This document shows positions 9,457-18,919 of a stretch of 64,000 bases of DNA, piece after piece. This DNA is from Acidobacteriota bacterium (GTDB lineage: Bacteria; Acidobacteriota; UBA6911; RPQK01; JAJDTT01). The stretch is from assembly GCA_965209055.1 (NCBI GenBank), contig OZ242374.1:4544001-4608000 (forward strand), in the 5' to 3' direction. The notes beneath the pieces are model-generated. The model saw only the letters and a program-made list of their open reading frames with translations, searched no databases and was not told where the DNA came from. Both the position numbers and the translations under genes were made by a program. Within the stretch, counting starts at the first letter, position 1. The number at the start of each line of letters is the position of its first letter.

Positions 9457-10614
9457 ATGAGAAAACACATGCGAATCTTGTTGGCGGCTCTACTGTTTTC
9501 CGGAGCCGCGCTGGTGGCCAACCACGGGACTCCGACGACCGAAGCGCTCATGCGTGATGCGGCGCAGGTCCTGACCCAGTCCCTGGACCGGGTCCAGCGG
9601 TCCTATACCCTGTTCCCCTTCGAGGCGGATCACCGGGCCGACTGGCATTACTTTCCCGAAGGAGGATTTACCCGGGTCCACGGCTACACCCGCAACGGCA
9701 TCACCTTCGGACAGATGAACCCCATGCAGAAACACCTGGCCAGCGGCCTGCTGGCTTCGGGATTGAGCCGCAGCGGTTTCGCCAAGGCGACCCGGGTCAT
9801 GAGCATGGAGGAGATCATCCGCGCCATCGAGGACGATCACACGGGGCACCGGGACGCCGAGAGTTTCCATTTCTCCATCTTCGGAACTCCTGGGGACGAG
9901 GGCAACTGGGGCTGGCGGGTGGAGGGACATCATCTCTCGCTGCACTACACGCTCAAGGACGGCAAGCTCATCTCGTCCAGTCCCACCTTCTTCGGAGCCA
10001 ATCCTCACGAAGTGGCCCAGGGAGCCCACAAGGGGATGAGAGTGCTGGAACGGGAGGAGGATCTGGCGGTCGCCTTTCTCAAGAGCCTGGATCCTGAGCA
10101 GCAGAGTCAGGCCATCTACCAGGAGGTGGCGCCCGAGGACATCCTGACCTTGGCCGACCGCCGGGCCGAGATAGAGGGCGACCTCAAGGGGCTGCCGGCA
10201 TCCAAGATGACGGAGGCGCAATATGAGGGTCTGATGGAGCTGATCGGTGAATACGCTGGCAACATGCCCCAGGAAGTGGCGGCCCGCCGCATGAAGACCG
10301 CTCGGGAAACGCCCCGTGATCAGCTCTACTTCGCCTGGGCCGGACAGATTGGACGGCCCAAACCGGAGGCCGTTCCCATCGGCGGCAGGACCACCGGGAA
10401 TCGGCACGCCAGGGGCAACTACTACCGGGTCCAGGCCCCGACCTTCCTCATCGAGTACGACAACACCCAGAACCTGAGCAACCACAGCCACTCGGTCTGG
10501 CGGGACTACGAGAACGATTTCGGCTTCGACGTCCTGGCGGATCACTACCGGAAATACGATCACGGGACCGGTGGAATCCACTGGGCTGTCCTGGATCGGA
10601 GTGACATCCCGTAG
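9457..10614 (+). CDS. DUF3500 domain secreted protein
   Basis: W.Y.P, WGWRVEGHHLSL, PTFFGANP, YYRVQAPTFLIEYDN, NHSHSVWRD..NDFG. Confidence 0.85.
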   Translation: MRKHMRILLAALLFSGAALVANHGTPTTEALMRDAAQVLTQSLDRVQRSYTLFPFEADHRADWHYFPEGGFTRVHGYTRNGITFGQMNPMQKHLASGLLASGLSRSGFAKATRVMSMEEIIRAIEDDHTGHRDAESFHFSIFGTPGDEGNWGWRVEGHHLSLHYTLKDGKLISSSPTFFGANPHEVAQGAHKGMRVLEREEDLAVAFLKSLDPEQQSQAIYQEVAPEDILTLADRRAEIEGDLKGLPASKMTEAQYEGLMELIGEYAGNMPQEVAARRMKTARETPRDQLYFAWAGQIGRPKPEAVPIGGRTTGNRHARGNYYRVQAPTFLIEYDNTQNLSNHSHSVWRDYENDFGFDVLADHYRKYDHGTGGIHWAVLDRSDIP

Positions 10615-10651
10615 TAGAAGCGAAACTTCGAATCAAAGAGGAAGGACGGAA

Positions 10652-12109
10652 ATGTACAGAAGGACCGCAGTTCTGCTGTGTCTCTGGTCCGGAATGGCGG
10701 CGGCCGCTCCGCTGTCGGCCGCGGGCATCATCGGCGTCACTCGGGGTGGCGCCGATTTAAAGGTGCCGCCAACCGAGCCTGCCGACGCCACCTGGCGATA
10801 CGGCCTCGGCACCGCCCATCAGATCGGGCCTCGCCAGGCGGCTCTGTTTTGCGGCATCCGCCGCGAATACGGTCCCGGAGTCGATTTCGAGATCGGCACC
10901 GACGCGGTCCTGTTCGACGACCTCTCCGACGTGCGGGCCGAACGGGCCGTCGTCCTCTCTCGAAATCACCTCGAACCCAATCCCAACTCCGATCCTCCCG
11001 GAAGGCCGGCCGTCATGGTGAAGTATCCGGTCCAAGGCGGATTCATTCCCCTGGGGGCGAGGCGGGCAAACGGGTCCCCGTATGAACAAGGGGGAACCGG
11101 GTTCGGAGTGGCCAGCGCCATCGGCTGGCCGGCAGCCGATTCAGATGCGTCCGGCGACAAAGTCTGGCGCTTCGAGAATCCTCGGGGGGTCGAACCCTTC
11201 GGGGCAAACGAACAACACAGGTATTTCGAGGTTCAACAATACGCGTTCGACGGCGAGGCGTTCCGGGTGGTCGAGACCCGCAAGGTGGGCGAGACCGAGC
11301 TCGTTTCCGGCTGGCGGGTCACCAACCGCGGTCTGGGCCCGGCCATCCTTGACGGAGAAGACCTGATCATGGGAATGGTGGGGGCGCCTCTGGCGGCGAC
11401 CGGTTCCGTGCCGTCGAAACCGACCGGAGCGGTCCTCGTACGTTGGGAGCATCGGAACGGAAAATGGGAAGCGTCGGACATCATCCCCGTGACCGGAGGG
11501 GACAACTCCTTCGAGCCCAGCGTGGCGCGCGACCGGGACGGGTCCCTCCTCTTCTGCGTGCGCGGCGGCAAGGAGCCGGACCACAACGACGTACGCATCT
11601 GGCGTTCCCGGGATCAGGGCCGGAATTGGGAACAGATCATCTACGTCCGGGGGATCATCGGCAGCACGCCCATCAACCTCAACCCGGCCACCGACGGCAG
11701 CCTCTACGTCGCGTCCAACCTCTACCAGGTTCACATGCACCCCTGGCCCCACACCTACCGTCTCCCCCGGGACCGCCGGGGGAATCAACGGGGCGGCGGT
11801 TGGTTGCGCGAGACCCTGGCGCTGTGGCCTTTGCGGCCGGACCGGACAGGTCTGGAGACACCCATCATCGCCCGCGACTGCCGGAGTGAGTTCGGCACTC
11901 CTCCCGGAGGCTCCACCTGGAACGTCGATCACCCCATCGCCGTGAACCTGAGACTGCGGGACGGCCGCTGGCACAACGTCATGGTGACCCGGATCGTGGA
12001 GTACGGAGAGATTGTCCGCCAATTGGGCCCGGCTCCCCAGTCCGGAGCCTATCTTGAGGAGGTCCACTCCTCGGGCAAACCGGTTCCCGCCTGGCGATTC
12101 GAAGACTAG
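10652..12109 (+). CDS. Secreted BNR/Asp-box (sialidase-like) beta-propeller protein
   Basis: Signal peptide, FEPSV..DRDGSLL...RG, Asp-box SRDQGRNW. Confidence 0.6.
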   Translation: MYRRTAVLLCLWSGMAAAAPLSAAGIIGVTRGGADLKVPPTEPADATWRYGLGTAHQIGPRQAALFCGIRREYGPGVDFEIGTDAVLFDDLSDVRAERAVVLSRNHLEPNPNSDPPGRPAVMVKYPVQGGFIPLGARRANGSPYEQGGTGFGVASAIGWPAADSDASGDKVWRFENPRGVEPFGANEQHRYFEVQQYAFDGEAFRVVETRKVGETELVSGWRVTNRGLGPAILDGEDLIMGMVGAPLAATGSVPSKPTGAVLVRWEHRNGKWEASDIIPVTGGDNSFEPSVARDRDGSLLFCVRGGKEPDHNDVRIWRSRDQGRNWEQIIYVRGIIGSTPINLNPATDGSLYVASNLYQVHMHPWPHTYRLPRDRRGNQRGGGWLRETLALWPLRPDRTGLETPIIARDCRSEFGTPPGGSTWNVDHPIAVNLRLRDGRWHNVMVTRIVEYGEIVRQLGPAPQSGAYLEEVHSSGKPVPAWRFED

Positions 12110-12125
12110 GAGCCTTGGTCGCGCC

Positions 12126-12186
12126 TAAGCAGCCCGCGGTAGAAGTCGTCACGGCAGTCGACCGTCCCTGCATCCCCGGCGGATTG
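12126..12186 (-). mobile_element. MITE fragment (one end), homologous to the reverse complement of ~37685-37744
   Basis: AAGTCGTCACGGCAGTCGACCGTCCCTGCATCCCCGGCGGATTG is nearly identical to the reverse complement of the intact MITE. Confidence 0.85.
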
Positions 12187-12461
12187 GTTCCGTGACGACC
12201 GTAAACAATGTATCATTAAAGGGATATGTATTTTGCAGCCACGCTATCCCCCCATTCTTTCCACCTGAACGAAACGGATGCCCTTGACCTTACGTGGCCG
12301 TGGATGCACGTAAGCCTTCAGTCAAGCCGTGGCGCCCGTCCCGTGCAGAATGTGTGTGAGGTCTGGCAAGGCGATCTGGAATGCACTATCTCCAAGGGCA
12401 TGGCAATACAGAACGGCAACGGACGCAAGGGCGTGGCGCTAGTCGAGGGGCCGGAGGAGCC

Positions 12462-12506
12462 TCGGAACTGAAAGTCCGTTGTTCTGCCCAACTGAGCTAC
12501 GGACTC
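12462..12506 (-). pseudogene. Degenerate tRNA 5' half (att-like remnant; Lys/Glu-like, identity uncertain)
   Basis: Minus strand reads GAGTCCG TA GCTC AGTTGGGCA GAAC A ACGGA CTTTCAGT TCCG: acceptor 5' strand, D arm and anticodon arm, but no T arm or CCA. Confidence 0.6.
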
Positions 12507-12526
12507 GATTCGATCTTTTCATCAGG

Positions 12527-12750
12527 TTATCCCAATTCTTCCCTCGAATCATTTCCCCTCGTTTCCTGTTGCATTTGTAACTCTTCGTTAGCCTGTGCCA
12601 CCCCAATGCTCTGAAGTGCATGGGAATTGACGTACCTGGCATATCGCGTCGTCGTGCTGGTCGCCGAGAGTCCGATTAGCTTCTGCACTGTCCTCATGCC
12701 CACCCCCTGCATCAACCACTAGCTGCAGCGGAATCGCCTCAGATCGTAGC
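12527..12750 (-). pseudogene. Tyrosine recombinase/integrase C-terminal remnant
   Basis: YDLRRFRCS*WLMQGVGMRTVQKLIGLSATSTTTRYA is a decayed HDLRH...V..VQ.LLGH....T.RYA; in-frame TAG at 12719-12721. Confidence 0.75.
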
Positions 12751-13038
12751 ACAGGGGAGCACGATCCAGTGACATACGGAGCGCTTGTACAGCTCGGCGG
12801 GCGGCGACCTGTGAAAAACCATCAGAGGGAAGAAATCTGGAGTCCTAGTCAGAATATTTGCAGATTTGGATGGGAAACGGGCTGCTGAAACGTTAACCGG
12901 CGGCAGAGACCAGATCGCCTGCACAAAGGAGCAGGGGGCGGGATGATAGTAGGGATGTTGGTCTCCGTCGTGGCGAACCCACTATGGGATCGAGCCGAAT
13001 AATATTTCGCTCACTTTCAGAAAGGAGCCAAAAAGACA

Positions 13039-13480
13039 ATGTACCTTCACGAGATCCTTCCGGTTTGTGAACCGAAAACATACAAGCTCCACTTCGCGGA
13101 GAACGACGGTTACGTAGCACCGGTCGATGTCTTTGCCAAGGATTGAACCGAATGGCAGGCTTGGCAAGAGTACCGGTGGTCGCCGGAACGCAACGAGTTC
13201 AACCGGCCCCTCATATTTGCTCTGGCCCACTTTTACTATTATTCACGTCCAGAAAAGGAGGCCTGGCTTTTTGGAGGCATCTTCCACGTCGTGGCACGTC
13301 ATGAAGCCAGCTACCAAGTCAAGTGGACGCGCCAAGCCGAGCCGTTCGTTGGCCGTCTCATACATCGACTCCCAGGCGGACACAATCTTTCCATACGCTC
13401 GAATCTCGAAACTTACTACCGACATTTTGAGGTTCTGGAAATTCTGAGGTAGCCGTACTCCGGGTAGCGCCTGTTTCCCC
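13039..13480 (+). pseudogene. Pseudogene resembling the N-terminal domain of a GIY-YIG nuclease family
   Basis: AAAGGAG RBS; MYLHEILP..YKLHFA..P.DVF..D*.EWQAWQEY..N.FNRPLIF..WLFGGIF.V..FVGRL..FEVLEILR*PYSG*..FP; stops at 13144, 13450, 13465. Confidence 0.6.
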
Positions 13481-13524
13481 CGCCCCCTCCGCTTAAAGAG
13501 CCAGCACACTGGACAAAGGCGTAT

Positions 13525-15001
13525 CAGCCCGTGGGAACACTCCGGGAATCAACGCCAGACCTCTGACATAAAATGACACTATGGTGAGGGATAGAAACCG
13601 TCTGGAGGACGGCAGCGAGGGATGTGCCTGGCGACTCAGAAACTGCCGCGGAGTCCGAGGCATCCCTTCTACAAGCGGTTGAACCAAGTGCTGGAGAATG
13701 CCGGTTTCGACCCCTTCGTGGAAGCGCGGTGCGCACGGTTTTACGCCGACGGGATCGGGCGACCGAGTCTGCGCCCGGGACGGTACTTCCGGATGCTGTT
13801 GGTAGGGTACTTTGAAGGACTGAATTCGGAACGGAGCATCGCTTGGCGAGTGGCGGACTCGATGAGCCTGCGCGCTTTTCTGGACTTGGATCCGGAGAAG
13901 ACGCCCCCGAATCACTCGACCGTGTCGTGCACCCGGCGACGGATCGATGTCGAGACGCACGGGGAGGTGTTCACCTGGGTGCTCAAGCAGTTGGCGCAAG
14001 CGGGACTGGTGCAGGGGAAGACGATCGGGGTCGACGCGACGACGTTGGAGGCGCACGCGGCGCTACGCACGCTGGTGCACCGGGACACGGGGCAGGACTA
14101 CGAGACGTTCGTGAAGGGACTGGCAAAAAGCTCGGGAGTCCCGACAACGACCCGGGAGGAGCTGGTTCGGTTCGACCGGAAGCGAAAGAAGAAGACGAGC
14201 AACCGGGAGGGGATGAATCCGCACGACTCGGACGCGAAGACCACGAAGCTCAAGGACGGGCGGACCCGTCTGGGGCACAAGGTGGAAGAGGCGGTGGACC
14301 TGGAGGCGGGAGCGGTGGTGGCGGTGACCGCACCGGAGGAGTTGGGCGATCCTCAGACTCTGGGGAAAACCCTCCGGATGGCGCGGGAGGAAGTGGGGGC
14401 GGTCGGGTCGGGCGCACAGGTCCGGGAAGTGGTGCCGGACAAGGGATACCACAGCAACGAGACGGTGCTGGAGTTGAAGGAACTGGGATTGCGAGGGTAT
14501 CTGTCGGAAACGGATCGGGACCGGCGCAACTGGAAGGGGAAGAACCGGAAGTACCAGGCGCCGGTGTACGCGAATCGGAGACGGATTCGTGGCCACCGGG
14601 GCCGCCGGATGCAGCGGTAGCGGAGCGAGTTGGTGGAGCGGCCGTTCGCGCATCGGATCAGGACGGGCGGGTTGCCCCGCATCTTCGTCCGGGGCCACGA
14701 CGATGTCCGGAAGCGATTGCTGATCCATGTGTGTGGTTTCAACCTGGGCCTGCTGATGGGCCATCTGACGGGGATCGGTACGCCCCGGAGTCTGCAGGAC
14801 CGCATCCGGGCGCGTCTTTTTTCGGTTCTTGGGGCGACAATGGGCTACTGGCTCGGCTGGAATCGACTCTCGGAGCGCTTCTGGGCGCCGACCGGGCCCG
14901 ATTCGCTGTTTAGGGCTCCTCGGACCCATCAACATACCATCTCCACGTCAGCTTGCCGAATGGACAATAGTCGGAGAAATCAGGACTTTTGCCACGGGCT
15001 G
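13525..15001 (+). mobile_element. IS1182/IS5-like insertion sequence (inactive)
   Basis: Imperfect TIRs CAGCCCGTGGGAACACTCC (13525) and GGACTTTTGCCACGGGCTG (14983-15001) around a DDE transposase. Confidence 0.8.
13622..15001 (+). pseudogene. IS1182-family DDE transposase interrupted by a nonsense codon
   Basis: HPFY.RLN, GRPSL.PGRYFRMLL.GYFEG, GVDATTLEA, DKGYHS. TAG at 14618-14620 splits it; the frame resumes with VERPFAH...VRKRLLIHVCGFNLGLLM. Confidence 0.88.
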
Positions 15002-15089
15002 TTAGCATGTCGGGCGGTGAGTAGCAGCTGGGACAAGTGCGGAGTCGATGATTGCACAGGACGGAGAACATAGTTGAGGTGGTCCAAAA

Positions 15090-16109
15090 ATGAGGAATAC
15101 CGAGACAACTGAAAACTTCACCGCTTTCTATACTTCGCGCCCCTTCTGGGCAGGTGATAAAATTGACTTTGGTACAGCTAGTGCAAACTTGCCATTCACC
15201 GAGCAAATGGCTCAGGTAGTCTTTTCATATGACACCAATCGTCTCCGTCTTCGAATCTGCAAAGACGGCATGGTGATGCCTCATGTTCCTAAGTTAGAGA
15301 CGCAAATCACGGGCGATGATCTCTCAATTGAGAATAAGGTTTCATGGTGGGGGCGGTATCTCGACTATCTTAATTGTCTGTACCTTCTATTGGACTCAGC
15401 TACAATTGAGGTGTCCAATCTCGCGTATTTTGAGCTATCGGAGATCACGAACAAAGACGCGTTCCGCGTCCGTTTTGAGGATGGCAGATGGGCAGGCGAG
15501 CAAATCGCCAGCGAGAGCCTTGCGTCCTATTATCAAATGGGAAGATTCCAAAGCCTTTATCCCGGAGGCCCGCGCACCGATCCGCGCATTCTCCGCCGGA
15601 TACCGTTAAGGAAAGAAATCTTCGACACTCTGTTTGCTAACGTTTCGATCGCAACAGAAAATACGTCCCTACTGAAGAGCTTGTCTTCTATTTCAAAGAG
15701 CATAGCGGAATACAAAGTGGGTAACTACGAGACCTCGCTAATGTTGAGTTGGTTTGTGTGTGAATCCAAATTGTCGACACAGTGGAGGATATTCCTAGAT
15801 GAGTCGAATAGAGACTATCCAGACGGATCTAAGCGCATTTCGAGTAGCCGTCGACAAACACTCACAGGGAGGGACTATCCGGTAAGCGTTGTTTCGAATG
15901 TATTAGAATTGTCAGGCAAAGTCCCATACAAGGCTTTCGAGCGCATCAATACCGTTCGACGCTATAGGAACAAAGTCGTACATCAGGACCCGGACTTTAC
16001 ATGTGGTCCGACACACTGCCAAGAAGCAGTGGAATTGGCGTTGAAGCTCGCATTGCAGGATAGTGGAATCCGGGTGCGACCAAATTTGAATTTCTCCGTC
16101 TCCACATGA
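15090..16109 (+). CDS. Low-GC HEPN-domain protein (ApeA-like architecture), candidate defence RNase
   Basis: Intact 339 aa with GAGGT RBS; helical C-terminal region with SLMLSWFVCE and R-x4-H motif RNKVVH (15966-15983). Confidence 0.6.
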   Translation: MRNTETTENFTAFYTSRPFWAGDKIDFGTASANLPFTEQMAQVVFSYDTNRLRLRICKDGMVMPHVPKLETQITGDDLSIENKVSWWGRYLDYLNCLYLLLDSATIEVSNLAYFELSEITNKDAFRVRFEDGRWAGEQIASESLASYYQMGRFQSLYPGGPRTDPRILRRIPLRKEIFDTLFANVSIATENTSLLKSLSSISKSIAEYKVGNYETSLMLSWFVCESKLSTQWRIFLDESNRDYPDGSKRISSSRRQTLTGRDYPVSVVSNVLELSGKVPYKAFERINTVRRYRNKVVHQDPDFTCGPTHCQEAVELALKLALQDSGIRVRPNLNFSVST

Positions 16110-16277
16110 GTACGGAGTGTTCTAATACGGTAACCACCTTACAGCTGCCCCCTAAGAAGGGGGCCGGTGGCCAACCAGCCCCCGAAGAGGTTAGTTGAGA
16201 GGTGCTCAACGACTCAACGACCACGCGAGAAGAGAATGACCACGGCCCAATCGGAAAAGATATACCGCCGGAACGTA

Positions 16278-16550
16278 GCCTGGGGGCGCGGCATCCGGCG
16301 GATCGTGGACATCTGCCGCGACGCCGGAAACCCGGCGCCGACCTGGCGGCTCGATACAGGCGGCGATGGACTGTGGGTGGAGTCCCCGTTTTCGGGGACC
16401 TATTAGGCCGCCGACTCCGGCGCGCGCTGGAACGCGGCGGGGGGCATTGCCCGGGACACAACCCAGAAAAGCCGCGCCACCACCCAGAAGACTACGTGGG
16501 ATTCCGCCGGTGACCGGATCGTGGACTGCCTGAGGGCCGAGCCTAGGCTG
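16278..16550 (+). pseudogene. C-terminal remnant of an AlbA_2/HATPase_c_4 (RecG-C-like)-wHTH protein
   Basis: AWGRGIRRIVDICRDAGNPAPTW...; TAG at 16404-16406; TTQK..TTQK linker and RIVDCLRAEPRLS HTH start. Confidence 0.6.
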
Positions 16551-16770
16551 AGCTGGAATGCTGAGGCTCGTCTCATCTGGCTAAAATTCGAACTACCCAA
16601 GAAGCCCACGCCGTGCCTCGAATACGTCGTCCACGAGATGGTTCATCTCGCCGGGCCGAGCCACAATGTGTGCTTCCATGAGATCCTGGACCGGGTGATT
16701 CTGGGCTGGCCTCTGCGCGCCTAAGAGTTGAACCGCGCCCATCCTGCCGATGAGAAATGGGACGAATCGA
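16551..16770 (+). pseudogene. C-terminal remnant of a YgjP/M48-like metallopeptidase
   Basis: SWNAEARLIWL.FELPKKP..CLEYVVHEMVHL...HN..F; HExxH motif; internal TAA at 16722-16724. Confidence 0.7.
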
Positions 16771-16772
16771 AG

Positions 16773-16889
16773 CCCAGCGGACTGCGTTGCGATTCGGGCA
16801 CATATTCCCAGTATGCACTCGAATCGCGCCTTGTCCGGCGGGCACAGGAACGGTTTCGGTGCTCGCGAGACTTTCACCACGGCCCCCTA
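16773..16889 (-). mobile_element. MITE fragment (other end), homologous to the reverse complement of ~37579-37696
   Basis: GCGGACTGCGTTGCGATTCGGGCACATA...GACTTTCACCAC is nearly identical to the intact MITE and ends at the hflC stop codon. Confidence 0.88.
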
Positions 16890-17816
16890 CTGGGCGCGTT
16901 GGATGTGCCTGAGCAGCTCGCCCCTGGTGGTGAGGATCAGGATGGTCTTGGCGTCCACGCCCCGCTCGTAGGTCTCCATGCTCTTCATGAAGGCGTAGAA
17001 CGAAGCGTCCCGGTTGTACGCCTCGGCGTAGATCTGGGTCGCCTCGCCGTCGGCCCGGCCGCGGGTTTCCTGAGCCGTCTTGTACGCTTCCGACTGAATC
17101 CGCTGCAGCTCCCTCTCCCGCTCGCCCCGGATCCGGGCAGCCTCGCCCTGACCTTCAGACCGGTAGCGCTCGGCGATCCGGTTGCGTTCGGCGATCATGC
17201 GGGCAAAGACGTCCTTCTGAACCTCTTCCACGTAGTTGATCCGCTTGAGCTGGAGATCGATGAGCTCGATCCCGAAGTCGGCCACCTTGGGCGTAGCGGT
17301 CTCCAGAATTTCCCGGGTGATGGCCTGACGCCCGGTCTCGATGGTCTCCAGCACCGAGGTCTCCTCTTCGGCTTGGTCCTGGGCATCCTGGGGCTCCCGG
17401 TTGCTGGTCCGGACCACCTCCACCAAGTCGTGGCGGGCGATGGCATTGCGGGTCTCGCCGTCCAGGATGTCGTCCAATCGGGACTGTGCCCTGGGTTCGT
17501 CCCGCATCCGCTCCAGGAATCGGAGCGGATCGCTGATGCGCCACCTGGCATAGGTGTCGACCCAGATGAACCGCTTGTCCTTGGTCGGCATCTGGTCCGC
17601 GTCTCCGTCCCACTCCAGAAAACGCTTGTCGAAATAGTTGGCCGTCTGGATGAAGGGAAGTTTGAAATGCAGACCCGGATCGGTGACCGGATTGCCCACC
17701 GGTCTGCCCAACTGGGTGATGATGACCTGCTCGGTTTCGTTCGTGACGTAGGTCCCGTTCACCACCAGGGCGAGGACGGCCACAACCAGGATCAGATAGA
17801 GCTGCCGGCCCTTCAT
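16887..17816 (-). CDS. hflC: Protease modulator HflC (SPFH)
   Basis: N-terminal TM, EQVIITQLG.P, PGLHFKLPF, TKDKR, RMIAERNRIAE.YRSEG, FYAFMKSMETY. Confidence 0.92.
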   Translation of the reverse strand: MKGRQLYLILVVAVLALVVNGTYVTNETEQVIITQLGRPVGNPVTDPGLHFKLPFIQTANYFDKRFLEWDGDADQMPTKDKRFIWVDTYARWRISDPLRFLERMRDEPRAQSRLDDILDGETRNAIARHDLVEVVRTSNREPQDAQDQAEEETSVLETIETGRQAITREILETATPKVADFGIELIDLQLKRINYVEEVQKDVFARMIAERNRIAERYRSEGQGEAARIRGERERELQRIQSEAYKTAQETRGRADGEATQIYAEAYNRDASFYAFMKSMETYERGVDAKTILILTTRGELLRHIQRAQ

Positions 17817-18823
17817 TGGTCCGTTCCCTCCGCCCGCGATCGGCCCGGGATCAACTTCTCCAGAGACTCCATGGGGAGCAGCGGGATGACACCGTCGGCA
17901 TCCTGGTCCAGAAACAGTTTGCGGCCTGATAGAGGCAGGATCTTCTGCATGGTCTCCAGGTACATCCGCCGCCGGGTGACCTCGGGCGCCCGGCGGTAGG
18001 CGTCGTGCAAGGACTTGAAGCGGGAGGCGTCCCCCTTGGCCTGGTTGACGCGTTCGAGGGCGTAGCCCTGAGCCTGCAGAACGGCCTGTTCCGCTTCACC
18101 CTTGGCCCGGGGGATCACCTTGTTGTACTCGGCGCGAGCCTCGTTGATGAGGCGGTCCATCTGTTGCTGGGCCTGGTTCACCTCGTCCCACGACGGTTTC
18201 ACGGGATCGGGGGGATTCACGTTCTGCAAGACGACCTGGTCCACGGTGATGCCGGTCTCATACTGCTTGCAGAGATTCTGAAGCTTCTGCTCCGCGCTGT
18301 CCTCGATTTCCTGGCGGCCCACGGTCAAGACCTCGGTGACGGTCCGGTCTCCCACCACCTCGCGCATCACCGCTTCGTTCATGTCCCGAAACGTCTCCTG
18401 GACGTTCCGGACCTTGAAGAGAAAAAGGTAGGGATCGGTGATCCGGTACTGGACGATCCACTCCACCACCGCCACGTTCAGATCTCCGGTGAGCATCAAC
18501 GACTCGTCCAGGAACCGCTTGGAGGCGTATCGCGTCCGGATCTCCGGCTGGGCGGTCCGAAACCCGAATTCCTGCTTGAGCTGACGCTGCACCGGGACTT
18601 TCAATACATCTTCCACGAAGGGGAGCTTGAAGCGAAGGCCCGGTTGGGCGGAGCGAACATGACGCCCGAAAAAAAGGACGACTCCGACCTCTTCCGGCTG
18701 CACCTGGTAGACGGTCCCGAAGGCCGTAATCGCCGCCAGAACGACCAGGATTCCTACTCGGACATACCTCCAATTGATTTTCGGAGGACGAAACTCGGGC
18801 ATGTCGAAAACTTGGTCAGCCAT
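17813..18823 (-). CDS. hflK: Protease modulator HflK (SPFH)
   Basis: EVGVVLFFG, MLTGDLN, VQYRI.DP..FLF, IPRAKGEA, P.VTR.RMYLETM; ATGA overlap with hflC. Confidence 0.92.
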   Translation of the reverse strand: MADQVFDMPEFRPPKINWRYVRVGILVVLAAITAFGTVYQVQPEEVGVVLFFGRHVRSAQPGLRFKLPFVEDVLKVPVQRQLKQEFGFRTAQPEIRTRYASKRFLDESLMLTGDLNVAVVEWIVQYRITDPYLFLFKVRNVQETFRDMNEAVMREVVGDRTVTEVLTVGRQEIEDSAEQKLQNLCKQYETGITVDQVVLQNVNPPDPVKPSWDEVNQAQQQMDRLINEARAEYNKVIPRAKGEAEQAVLQAQGYALERVNQAKGDASRFKSLHDAYRRAPEVTRRRMYLETMQKILPLSGRKLFLDQDADGVIPLLPMESLEKLIPGRSRAEGTDQ

Positions 18824-18919
18824 GTTGAAAGCTCTACCGAATCAAAGAAAAGGATAACAGAGATGGTCCCCGTCGGCAGAATGAATTCGAAAGCGGGTGC
18901 GCCATGAGGCCGAAGAGTG

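Larger units (their letters stand above)
12187..16772. mobile_element. Degenerate genomic island between two MITE halves
   Basis: Visibly lower GC outside the IS; contains a tRNA fragment, an integrase remnant, several pseudogenes and an IS; bounded by CCCGGCGGATTG and CCCAGCGGACTG. Confidence 0.7.

Noticed and set aside
14618-14620. Programmed readthrough or recoding of in-frame stops in the transposase and island genes
   Set aside because: The stops are of mixed types (TAG, TGA, TAA) and come with other degenerative changes, which fits pseudogenisation.
16160-16200. Possible integron attC after the HEPN gene (GCCAAC...GTTAGTT)
   Set aside because: Too short, no L-box pairing, and no intI in the window.
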